NCBI GenBank assembly: GCA_963693365.1
Contig: CAVNZM010000009.1
Location: 3,722,231 to 3,786,230, forward strand
Source of the DNA: Amoebidium appalachense
Lineage: Eukaryota > Protista > Ichthyosporea
DNA: 64,000 nt
Direction: 5' to 3'
Shown: piece after piece, positions 46,420 through 57,489 of the stretch
Layout: every line of letters starts with the position of its first letter
Numbering within the stretch: position 1 is the stretch's first letter
Notes under the pieces: generated by a model
Databases searched by the model: none
The model's input: only the letters and a program-made list of their open reading frames with translations
What the model was told of the DNA's origin: nothing
Translations under genes and position numbers: made by a program

Positions 46420-47844
46420 ATGGCCAGTGATGACAGCCAAGGCCGAGGGAACGCAGACACAAATATGTCTAGCTCAAACGATAGCCTTTGGGAGAGCGGT
46501 GGAAAGGTGCCCATATCAGTCGGCCCTCGCTCCTCCCAGAACATGTCCCAAAAGTCCAAACGGCGTAGACGTACTTTTGCAGAGCTGTGCCGTGATTTTG
46601 TGTGTGGGGTGAATGGATGTGACAGGAGATATGCAAGCGCACATGCCTTGCAACAACACAAGCGCATCAAACACCAGCAAGACAACGCGAGTGCACAAAT
46701 TAATGTCACGGCCATGAAAAAACGTGCTGCCGCCGACGTTCTTCCCTTACTTTCGCTTGTTAGTGGGCAGAAGTCCTCCCCTACATCCGGAATGAACAGA
46801 CAACTGTCTGAGACGGGTAGCGGCATGGATGGAATGGAACATCGCGAGCGCCACATGGCTAGCCAGCAATACAGCTATGACGAGCCGTATTCTTCCCACG
46901 GGAGAATGGGGCATGAATCTGGACACTACCCGTCTGACATGCGCGAGGCACATGAGGACTTGCACGGTGACTATAAGCCCCGGCACATGGATTCCTACTA
47001 TGAACATGAAATGGACAACCAGTACCACCATGCACCCTCCTCATACCACCACCACCGCCCCGGATATGACGGCGCCCCTTGCACTGGTCCATGTTGCGAA
47101 CACAACCCAACCGCCCAAACCCCACACCATTATGACCCTGGTCACAAGTATCCCCCCCAGTCACCCCACAAGGCCGGTATGTCCCGGCCCCACCCATTTT
47201 CTGCGTCGACTCATCCGGAGGATGGCAACTTCAGCAACTCATCGCGCAATCGTGATTCATCCCCCTACGAAGGAAAGGCGTACAGTGCCCCGCCGCACAG
47301 ATCTTCAAGAATGGAGCCTGCGTATAGTCATAACTACTACCAAGGCTCTAGCTCAAGATATGAGCCTTACCACGGGGGGCCGCAGCGTCACGGCGTGCCA
47401 TCACCAAACGCCTCCTATCATCGGGCTGCAGATGGAGAATGGGAGGGAGAGCATTACGCACGCGGTGGCGGGAATGAGCTCAAATATGGTAGGGGATACT
47501 ACCCGTCTAGAGAATACAACGAAGGGATGGTCGCGGATGCGGCAGGAAGGGAGACGAGGCGGCATTCCCCATACATGCATCGCATGCGCAGCTCCAGCGC
47601 GGACGGTGCCGATGTTTATGGTCATCGCGACTCATCGCACTACCGGCCCGAAGAATGGGCTCAGCCTAAAAGGGATGTTCGGCCGATGGTTGTGGAGGAG
47701 GACGAGAGGGAATATGAAAGGGAAGGGGGTAGACCGGGAAGGGCAACGAACATGCCGTCCAGAACTATTTTGGAACAGCCGCACCCACGTGGTCACTGGA
47801 ACCCGGTGATGCAGGAGCCTACCAGCTTTACTGCCGCCGTGTAA
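46420..47844 (+). CDS. Intronless 474-aa protein with a single C2H2 zinc finger, putative transcription factor
   Basis: KRRRRTFAELCRDFVCGVNGCDRRYASAHALQQHKRIKH is a basic patch plus C-x4-C-x12-H-x4-H. The remainder is low-complexity H/Y/S/P-rich sequence. Confidence 0.88.
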   Translation: MASDDSQGRGNADTNMSSSNDSLWESGGKVPISVGPRSSQNMSQKSKRRRRTFAELCRDFVCGVNGCDRRYASAHALQQHKRIKHQQDNASAQINVTAMKKRAAADVLPLLSLVSGQKSSPTSGMNRQLSETGSGMDGMEHRERHMASQQYSYDEPYSSHGRMGHESGHYPSDMREAHEDLHGDYKPRHMDSYYEHEMDNQYHHAPSSYHHHRPGYDGAPCTGPCCEHNPTAQTPHHYDPGHKYPPQSPHKAGMSRPHPFSASTHPEDGNFSNSSRNRDSSPYEGKAYSAPPHRSSRMEPAYSHNYYQGSSSRYEPYHGGPQRHGVPSPNASYHRAADGEWEGEHYARGGGNELKYGRGYYPSREYNEGMVADAAGRETRRHSPYMHRMRSSSADGADVYGHRDSSHYRPEEWAQPKRDVRPMVVEEDEREYEREGGRPGRATNMPSRTILEQPHPRGHWNPVMQEPTSFTAAV

Positions 47845-49071
47845 ATTCGCGAGATTTGGGGAGGGGAACCCCGTGTTTTCTGTTCCGATTTTTCACAACC
47901 AAATTGATGTGTTCACACTCCATTTTCGGTAACACATTGATGTGTTTTTGTTTTCACTTTTTAGCACCTGGTCCAACTCTTTAGAAACAGAAGCTTCAGT
48001 GAAATTGATATAGTTGCTGGCGCGGTGCAAGGTTTAGTAGACCGGTTTTTTCGTCTTCAGGTATACCGTGAAACGCGGCGATTCTAGTCTTGTTGTTGTT
48101 CTCCTTTCGTTAATTAAATGATGAAAAAAATTCCACACAGGGTTTGTTGAATTTTGTTCTTCCCAGTTTTTAAAGGGCTGAGGTGTTTTCCCGGAATATG
48201 TGGAAGTGTTTGTGCTAGACACCACAAACGGCTAGGTTTTTCACGAAACATACGTAAGGTCTATATGTATTTGACTAGATGCAGTATGTATGGATGCTAT
48301 GTATTTTTGCACCCCTTCTAAAAGTGTCCCCTTTTGAGCTTTTAGCAGATATATGCTTTTCAAAATGGTGAATTACAACTGTGTACATTTTGGATACTTT
48401 TGAAATAGCGATCATATAATTTAGTTCCGTCTCCTGGCGAGACAGGATCGTGATTAAAACGAGCAATGATTGCTCCGGTTTGAATAGAAGAAGAGAAGAG
48501 AGTCAAAGAAGGTGACGACTCGCCCTGTATCTGCTAAAATCCTGTTTTACATCATCTGCTAAAATCCGGAATTCCAATTATGATCTACTAAAATATGAAA
48601 ATTCCAAATTCACCCTAATAGCAAAAGAGGCCGTAGAATAGAAGTAGGGTAGAGAGAAGAGAGAAAGAACTCCACGGCCTCCCCTGCCACCATGATTCTA
48701 TGTATTCTTGCCATCCCGTCTAAATTGATTTTCCCTAGATGCAAAAACCTATTACTACATAGTTGCAGTGTGTATGCATGATGCTATGTATTCTTGCACC
48801 CCGTTCCAATTGATTTTTTCTAGATGCACAATGTCGTGCTTCAAGAGTGTTGGTGTGCATGCCCACACTTGAGTCCCTATCGAATAGTCCAAAGATTGTG
48901 ATCCATCGCCGTGACCTCTCCCCCGTTTCTGACATTTTTCATGGACCCCCCCTCCCCCCTCCCCGGAGGATGGGGCCTGGCTCTGCTTATTATGCATACT
49001 ATCTATTCATGTGTGGTTTGCACTCTGCTTTGTGTTGCCTGTTGTGAATTTGTACTTCGTACTTTATGAAA

Positions 49072-49105
<34 letters not shown>

Positions 49106-49541
49106 ACCAACCCACAATCCTCCTCCTTCCGAAGCCTCGTGCACCGTTATTCTTTCTTCTGCTGCGCGATTGCCATATGTAGAAAAACTTCTGGAAGTAA
49201 ACGTCTGGAAGTAAACTCAGTTGTGAGCAGGACTAAATACAGGCGTGGCCCCGAAGGTCTGTTTACGGCCAATGGAATTCCCCCCCCCCCCCCCCCCCCC
49301 CTGGCTACCCCCCCCCCCCCCCCCAAAAAAAAAGAAAGAAAGAAAGAAAAGAAAACGACCCCTACCCCCGGGCCAACATCTGTTTCGTCAGTCCTCCACC
49401 CCTCCACCCCTCCCCCCTCCCCCCCCCCCCCCCCCCCCCCAGAAAAGCTTGAAAGAAGAAGAAGAAGAAGAAGAAGAAGAAGAAGAAACCCATCCCCTAC
49501 CGTCGGACCATGGTTTACCAATTTCTATTTCCTCAACCCCC

Positions 49542-49576
<35 letters not shown>

Positions 49577-49648
49577 ACAAAAAAAAAAAAAAAAAAAAGA
49601 AAGAAACAGAAGAAGAAGAAGAAAACCAACCCCTACCCCTCTGCCCCC

Positions 49649-49805
<157 letters not shown>

Positions 49806-49856
49806 AGAAGAAGAAGAAAACCACCCCCTACCCCCGGACAAATTCAGGCTGTTTCC

Positions 49857-49889
<33 letters not shown>

Positions 49890-51329
49890 TTGGATCAAGG
49901 ATGATGTTAGACTGAAGGTGACGAGGCTCTACTACAGCCATTGGCAAAGGTTACTGTGAACTTTGCAAATCACTGTGTGCATAATGGTGCTAATACTGAA
50001 GTTGGTAAGTGCCTTCATGACATGTTACGTACAGCTCGAGCGCTTTGATATCTAATAGTATGGCTTCTGAATCATAGCCTTATACTATCTAAAACTTCCA
50101 AATGCCACCAGATAGCATATTCTTATAAGAAAATGTAGGCTAAGCCTTGGGAGGACACGGCCACTTCATATACTACACACGCCCTCACACCTGCACACTG
50201 TGACACCCATTCACCTCACCCATTGTGACACGCTGCAGGGGATTTTTGATTTTGAAACGGGGAGTGGGATAGTAGTACGGCTAGTAGGGGAGGGGGGGGA
50301 GAGCGCGACCGTGGCTTATTGTAGTAAACAAGGCGCCGCGGACTACGACGCTATGGTCCTTGAGCTGTGCTGGTTCGATCCTGGCCCTCCCCATCATTTA
50401 AGGTCATGGGTTTTTTGTTTTCTAAGCCCCGTGACGTCACGAACTGCACTGATCTCTCTGACGTCATCTCGATAGTGCGCGACGAAGGGTTTTCATCCGA
50501 CCCATCCGGTGGATCGAGCAGTCGTATGGTGCCCCAAGCCTACCGGCCTCCAAGAAATAAAAAATAAAATAAAAAATACTTCCCACCGGCCAATTTCGAT
50601 TTTTTTTGAGTGGATCGAACGCCCTTGACCGGACCTGTCGAATGGCGTGTCTAACTCAAAACCGCCAATCTTACCCCCCTCCGACCCGACCCGACCCGAC
50701 CCGACCCGACTCGATTACGTCATCAAGTCGGCCCGATTTGGCCCGATTTGGGTCGGCCCGGACCGATTCGGGTCACGCTCCGGGCTGCTCGCGGCCTGGG
50801 AGTGCTTGCAAAGTCTGTAGTTGGACGTGTATGCACACACGTGCACCTTGCCCACCACGTTTATTAGGTTACAGATATAGCTATGGAGCCATACACCCTG
50901 TGTGGCCTCGTCCTTGGACGCGCTTTCTGACTAATTTTTTGTACATATATATTATTAATTAATAAGTACACGCGTATATTTATTTAATTGATTAAACTGA
51001 TCATGATGCCTATAGCTAATTGGGGTGTGACCTGTGCTGGTCACAGGTCCACACCCCACAAAAGCCTCGTTCCTCTGCATCATAAAAAGCGGCCGTGCAA
51101 GCCCCCCCCCCCCCCCCCCCCCCCAGGCCATATGCCCCCCCCCCCCCCCCCCCCCCCCCCCCACCACCACCACCAACACACCGTGGCACAATGTTACACA
51201 CACACACGCACAGTCACACACATGTGACACATACATACTCACACACGCACACAAACTGTAGAGAGAGAGGGACACGGAGAGATGTCATCAGTGGTGTGTC
51301 TGCCAATGTGTGTGTGTGATGTATGGGGC

Positions 51330-51366
<37 letters not shown>

Positions 51367-52500
51367 GGGGGGGGGGGGGGGGGGGGGGGGAGGGTATGCA
51401 TCACATAAGGCTCTAGTACATATGTGGGACTGAATAAAGTGACTTTTCAGGCTGTTGCATTATGCTGTGTGAAGGGATACCGAGTTCCCCAAGGCGCAGG
51501 GGGCATAACGTGTCATTACATGCGTGACATCCCTCATCGGGGGTTGTCATAACCTCCCAGGGAATTATCGGGATATATTTGGATAGTCAATGGATATTTC
51601 GATTGCAATTTGACCCCCTGGGGGGGGTCTAAATGTGTCAGCCATTTGCGAACCGAATTTTCAAAAAATTTAAATTCTGAAAAAAGTTTCAAGGATAAAT
51701 TTTCTTTTGACTCGGGTTTATTGATCCGTTGATGAAGGCAACGTGCAGCCACAGGCTACATAACCACCAATAGAACTGAAAAAGCCAAAGCTACGAAATA
51801 AAAATAAAGCGACAAGTGACAAAGGACACCAGCGGGCAAAACCGTAAGTGTACGTGTATGCGTGAAACTAGTTTGCTCCAACTAGTCATATGCATCGATG
51901 TTGACCAGACCACACTCTGCAAGAAGACATCATTACTGCTCCTTCCCAACAGGCCCCCCTCAAAACCTATCGAGGCACAGCAAGCAAGTCAGCCTCTAAA
52001 AGAGCCATGCAGACCAAATTTCTGAGCTAAAAAACAATCCCAACGGGCCCGGCCCCCTAGATAACCCGGAGAAACTGCATCTAGCTCTCTGATAAGGTGG
52101 CCTAGTTGTGGCAGGACACACAGAAAAACACAATTACAGAATGCATGCAAGCAAACCCGGTCATTGTCATACGACTGGAGGCTAAGGACTGGCAGTCATT
52201 TGGAAAGCTCCCCGACGACCAAGTAGCCGCCCCTCCACTCACGCAGCGCAGAAGTAGCTGAAGAAGTTGCAGCAGCCCACCGCCAATAGGTCGCGTAGAA
52301 GCGTACTACTAGACAGCGTGTAGAAGTTACCATAGGTTGCAGTGGACCAGCAGGCGTTGAAGAAACCACTTCTTAAGCGAAAAACTCCGCGAAAGGGAGA
52401 TGCCCCCACACACTCACAGCAGTAGGAATACACCAGGCCACACCACACATGACATATACTAATCCGTCTCAGCAGATTAGCCTAAGTCTACGATCGAGAT

Positions 52501-52536
<36 letters not shown>

Positions 52537-53267
52537 GGCCCGGGTCACAGATCATCAAGATCAAGTCCGGGGCCTCAAGATAGCTGTGCAGCTGCGTGCA
52601 TCATCTTGCCTCTGCCGGCGCAGGGCAGGACCACGTCAGCTGGGACAGCCGACCAATAGTATTCTAATTAGTGTGTAGGATAGATCGTAGGAGGACTTAG
52701 GAATGTGATTGTTCGGGCAGAAGCCCTTTTGTAAATATTGGCAAGTTCTGATAGTGTATGCTGCCAAACGTATTTATATATTTCGATGACAGAGGAAAGG
52801 GGGGAGGGAGGGGGGAGGGAGATAGTATGAAATGTAGAATTAGACTCTGCGGTGCCACTAGGGGAAGGGTGAGGGGTGAGACTTGGATAAATACATTAGT
52901 TGAGTAGATCGACTTAGCTCGTGCAGGCGCACGATAAAAGTAGATCGGAATGTTAATGGAATGTGGCATCGTAGGGGGCCAGGTGATGATGATCTTGTAG
53001 GGCACGGCCTTGATGGCCTCAGTCGTTACTTAGACTCATTCCGTTCGGATCTAAGTTTGCCCGTCGGAGCCTGGTCTTAATAAACTTTACCGTTTTTCTG
53101 TACACGTTCGTTCCTTTTCGTGGGTGTACACTTAGTAGAGTGCCGCATCTCTAGTACACACATATTAGGATACGACAAGCTACACCTTTCTTTTAGTGCG
53201 GTTTTTCGCGCTAGGGTAACGCGGTGACAGTTCCTTCTGGGCTGTTGCTACACCTCATACACACAGG

Positions 53268-53304
<37 letters not shown>

Positions 53305-53332
53305 ATAAACACAACCACCCGAACACCACACA

Positions 53333-54667
53333 ATGGCTAAGTTTAACGTAGACATGTTCTACGCATTGGCAGCGGAGGATAGCTCCCTGCACACACAGGT
53401 ACCACAGGTTCATACACTAGACGTTAGACAGACCACAGCTTTCAGTTTTACACTCAAACACGACTCGGAAATCCCTAGGTGGCTTAGGACACTCCTAGCT
53501 AACACACCCACACTAGTGTTAGACACAAAGAAGGCCCCCACTGTGGCGGCCTCGTGCTTAATGATCAAACAGTGCATCGACCACAAAACAATGGCCGACT
53601 TATGCACCCTGATGGAGGAGCACCCGTACCGGGCCGAGCAGGCCCCCCAGGTGACGGCTCGTATATACGAGCAGCAGTACGACGAGGGGAGGGACGAGAT
53701 GGTGTCCCGGACACTCGGCCAGAAACGTCTGGCCGCACGGTTCATCCCCGACGACGAGGACGAGAACAGCACCGACGACGTGGACGGGGAGCTCGAGGCC
53801 TTCACACGGCCGGAAAACGAGCTCGAGTATACGGCCCGGCTCGTCGGCCGATACCTGACGGCCGACCGGCGCCGTACCTTCCGGGCCCAGCTCAGAGAAT
53901 GGAAGTATACCTTTCCCACTTTAGATATGTCCCCCGTAGAAGCTCGTGCATTCTTTGAGAGGGAATATCGGGTCTTTGAAGACCTTTGTGAGTTAGCTGG
54001 GGACGTGAGTGATAGGGAAAAATTCGAGTTTGCTCGTAAGGCTCTCTCTGTAAACACAGACACTGCACGCATGTTTGGGGAGCATGATGATGTAGATGAG
54101 GTGGTGTTGCATGTTAAACGTCACTTGCTTGCCATGCACGAGGTGAAGTTCAATAAGAGGGATAAAAAGGAGGTGATGGAAGTAGACAAGAAAAAGAAGG
54201 AGAGTGGACAGAAGGGGGAAAAAGAGAAAAAAGAGGGTGAACAGCCAGATGCACTCACCATGTTGGTCAAGCAGGTTGCCGAGCTCTCCCAGGCCGTCTT
54301 CTCGGGCCGAGGGGACTTCGGCTTCCGGGGTGGCCGTGGCGGCGACCGGGGTGGACACGGCGGTCGTGGCCGAGGTGGACGTGGAGGACAACAGCAGCAG
54401 TTCACCGAGAGGTTTGCCCCTTATCTTGCTCGTGGTGGTGGGCAGGCTAGAGGGAGGGGTGGAAATGGTGGTGAGCGAGGCCGAGGGGGGCAGGGGGGAA
54501 GGGGGGGCCGTGGTGCACACGGTGGGCCCCCCCAGCATGACCGGGCTCCCGGTTATGCTTTGCGCCAAGGTTTTGAAGTCCCCCCTGGCCCCTTCTTTGG
54601 TGCATGTTACTTTTGTGGCCGGCAAGGGCACTCTGCTGCATATTGCCGTAGTTACAAGAGCTATTGA
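53333..54667 (+). CDS. gag: Gag of gypsy copy A (444 aa)
   Basis: Follows the LTR; has a long RGG-rich segment and a terminal CCHC knuckle CYFCGRQGHSAAYC. Confidence 0.92.
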   Translation: MAKFNVDMFYALAAEDSSLHTQVPQVHTLDVRQTTAFSFTLKHDSEIPRWLRTLLANTPTLVLDTKKAPTVAASCLMIKQCIDHKTMADLCTLMEEHPYRAEQAPQVTARIYEQQYDEGRDEMVSRTLGQKRLAARFIPDDEDENSTDDVDGELEAFTRPENELEYTARLVGRYLTADRRRTFRAQLREWKYTFPTLDMSPVEARAFFEREYRVFEDLCELAGDVSDREKFEFARKALSVNTDTARMFGEHDDVDEVVLHVKRHLLAMHEVKFNKRDKKEVMEVDKKKKESGQKGEKEKKEGEQPDALTMLVKQVAELSQAVFSGRGDFGFRGGRGGDRGGHGGRGRGGRGGQQQQFTERFAPYLARGGGQARGRGGNGGERGRGGQGGRGGRGAHGGPPQHDRAPGYALRQGFEVPPGPFFGACYFCGRQGHSAAYCRSYKSY

Positions 54668-55813
54668 GTTCCGGGGGAGGGGGAAGCTGGGGTCACTGAG
54701 GGAGGGGGGGGGGACAGTATCGGTCCCCCCCAGGTTGCAGAGAACCTTCACCCTCCCCCACCCCAGGTTAAGCTTCCCTTTGCCCCCTCACCGCCCCGAT
54801 ACGTGTGGGAGCCGAGCATCGTCGTGGGTCCTCAAGACAGCGTCGAGGTGGTATGGCATGAATGTTTGTGGGGTGACTCTACCAAAGGTATGAATGGTGT
54901 GAATGTTTTGTGGTTGGGGGAGGCTCCCCAGCCACAAGTGGATGGTCTCAGTGTTTCTTGTCCCAACCCGGTGTTTGTTCTAACCACACCGGAGGGGGTT
55001 TCTGTGCCATTGTTTCCGGGAGGGGGGGGGGACACACACGAGTAAAGGGGGAAGGGGGGGGAAGGCACAGACACGTAGAAACACACCACCACAACAACAT
55101 ACGACGGTTGCAGACACACCTACACCCACACACACACCCACACATACACCAAACACACACACACCACCCACCCACACATCACACACACACACTCCACCAC
55201 CACCCACACCACATACACACCCCACCCCACCCGTGCAGGCACCACAGGTAGGTATGTTGCACGTAGGTATCGAGGGTGTGAGTCTTCGTGGGCAGGGATT
55301 GGGTGTGAGTGATGATGTGTTGCTTGAATTGGAGGAGGATTTAGTTGGTTTTAGCCGGCATTATATAGACGTATGGTTAGCTGATGGTAAGTTGAAGGCT
55401 GTTGCTTTGCTCGATGGAGGGGCTCAGGTTAATTGTGTGCATGCTTCGTTTATTCGTCGTTTTAATCAGGCCGGGGGGGAAATTCCTATTTTAGATGCTT
55501 CTAGCACAGCCTTAGGTAGTGCTAATAATAGTAGTATGTCTGTGGAAGGTGTTTGTGTGTTGCCGTGTGAGATAGGTGGCCAGGCTATGCATATTGCTTG
55601 TTATGTGGTTAAGGATTTAGCTCAAAGTGTTTTGTTGGGAGCCCCATTTTTCCGTAGACATGTGAATGCTTTGTTTGAACGTACGAATGTTTTAGAATTG
55701 CAGTCCGGCGTTAAAATTAAAACCCATGATGGGCTCGACGGTTATCAGTCTGGTGCTAGAACGGTAGCTGAAGTAGTAATCGAGCCTTATCAGTGCCAAA
55801 CGGTACGTGTCCG
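54668..55813 (+). pseudogene. pol: pol 5' part (linker + aspartic protease) of copy A, truncated
   Basis: The frame stays open directly after the gag TGA. A G10 run at 55022 (G9 in copy B) shifts the frame. The protease motif ALLDGGAQVN is near 55410. Confidence 0.82.
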
Positions 55814-55889
55814 GCCTAAAGGCGGGGCCCTTTGTCTGTCTTATGGCTAGAGCCTGTCGAACAGGATAGCCATCCGGTATGCCCTGCGT

Positions 55890-56452
55890 TAGCGTAGCAC
55901 TAAGTGATCGGGAATATTCGAGATATTCGGGATAAACTGGTGGATAGGTTCACGATAGATCAGGATAGATCTAGAAGAGTCTAGAAGATTCTATTGGAGT
56001 GTTTTGATTGGTAGCGACTAGATCCATAGCGGCGGGTAGACCAATCGGGAATAGTATGTAACATTCCAGTGAGCCAGACCACAAGTATATAAAGGTCCCG
56101 GCGGGCCAGTCAATGTAAGTCAGCAAATAATAAAGTCTCACAGAGAAACCTCTAAGTTACGGTTACGGACCCAGTACAACGCTACGATCAAGCGACTGTT
56201 GAGACAAGATGGGAAGAGCAAAATGTCCAGTTCCCATGTATGAAGGAGAAGGCAAGGGCAAAATCTCCTACTCAATGTGGGCCATGCGCATGAAGTGCTT
56301 CCTCGAGGGCGAGGAATTATGGTACACGATTGAAGACGTGGCTCCTGAAGTGATAGGAGACAACGGCGAACCGGTGGAGCAACCTCCGGTGGAGATCGAC
56401 CCCTTGGATCAGAAGAAGGCGACTTCCTACCTGGTGGAGACACTAGGTGATG
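55890..56452 (+). mobile_element. Ty1/copia element 5' fragment (LTR, PBS, start of gag); left boundary uncertain
   Basis: CCAAT, TATATAAA and AATAAA precede PBS-like GGTTACGGACCCAGT (56161). The ORF from 56209 has SYSMWAMRMKCFLEGEELW, typical of the copia Gag N-terminus, and is cut at 56452 by a gypsy LTR. Confidence 0.82.
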
Positions 56453-57489
56453 TGACATATACTAATCCGTCTCAGCAGATTAGCCTAAGTCTACGATCGA
56501 GATTGGGGGGGGGGGGGGGGGGGGGTGGCCCGGGTCACAGATCATCAAGATCAAGTCCGGGGCCTCAAGATAGCTGTGCAGCTGCGTGCATCATCTTGCC
56601 TCTGCCGGCGCAGGGCATTGGACCACGTCAGCCGGGACAGCCGTCCAATAGAATTCTAATTAGTGTATAGGATAGATCGTAGGAGGACTTAGGAATGTCA
56701 TTGTTCGGGCAGAAGCCCTTTTGTAAGGATTGGCAAGGTTTGATAGTATATGTTGCCAAACGTATTTATATATGTAGATGTAGAGGAAAGGGGGGGGAGG
56801 GAGGGGGGGGGAGGATAGTATGAAATGTAGATTTAGACTCTGCGGTGCCACTAGGGGGAGGGTGAGGGGTGAGACTTGGATAAATATATTAGTTGAGTAG
56901 ATCGACTTAGCTCGTGCAGGCGCACGATAAAAGTAGATCGGAATGTTAATGGAATGTGGCATCGTAGGGGGCCAGGTGATGATGATCTTGTAGGGCACGG
57001 CCTTGATGGCCTCAGTCGTTACTTAGACTCATTCCGGTCGGATCTAAGTTTGCCCGTCGGAGCCTGGTCTTAATAAACTTTACCGTTTTTCTGTACACGT
57101 TCGTTCCTTTTCGTGTGTGTACACTTAGTAGAGTGCCGCGTCTCTAGTACACATATATTAGGATACGACAAGCTACACCTTTCATTTAGTGCGGTTTTTC
57201 GCGCTAGGGTAACGCGGTGACAGTTCCTTCTGGGCTGTTGCTACACCTCAAAAACACAAACATAAACACAACCTCTCAACTAGGGCACACACAACACCAT
57301 GGCTAAGTTTCACGTAGATATGTTCTACGCTTTGGCAGCGGAGGATAGCTCCCTGCACACACAGATACCACAGGTTCACACACTAGCTATAGACGCCAGA
57401 AACACAACAGCTTTTAGTTTACACTCAAACACCAGCGGTCGTGGGCGTGGTGGACGTAGCGGACAGCAGCAGCAGTTCGACGAGGGGCA

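Larger units (their letters stand above)
52450..55813 (+). mobile_element. Ty3/gypsy (chromovirus family) element copy A, 5' part: LTR 52450-53177, gag, protease; truncated
   Basis: The LTR is bounded by TGACATATACTAAT...ATTAGGATACGACA (imperfect inverted ends). Homology with copy B stops at 55813. Confidence 0.92.

Noticed and set aside
48275-48832. Degenerate ~86-bp repeats; also (CCGAC)6 at about 50680-50710
   Set aside because: Probably transposon remnants, but no termini or TSD could be defined.
54665-54667. Selenocysteine at the gag UGA
   Set aside because: No SECIS-like element was recognised and there is no redox context; ordinary readthrough or a sequence artefact is more plausible.
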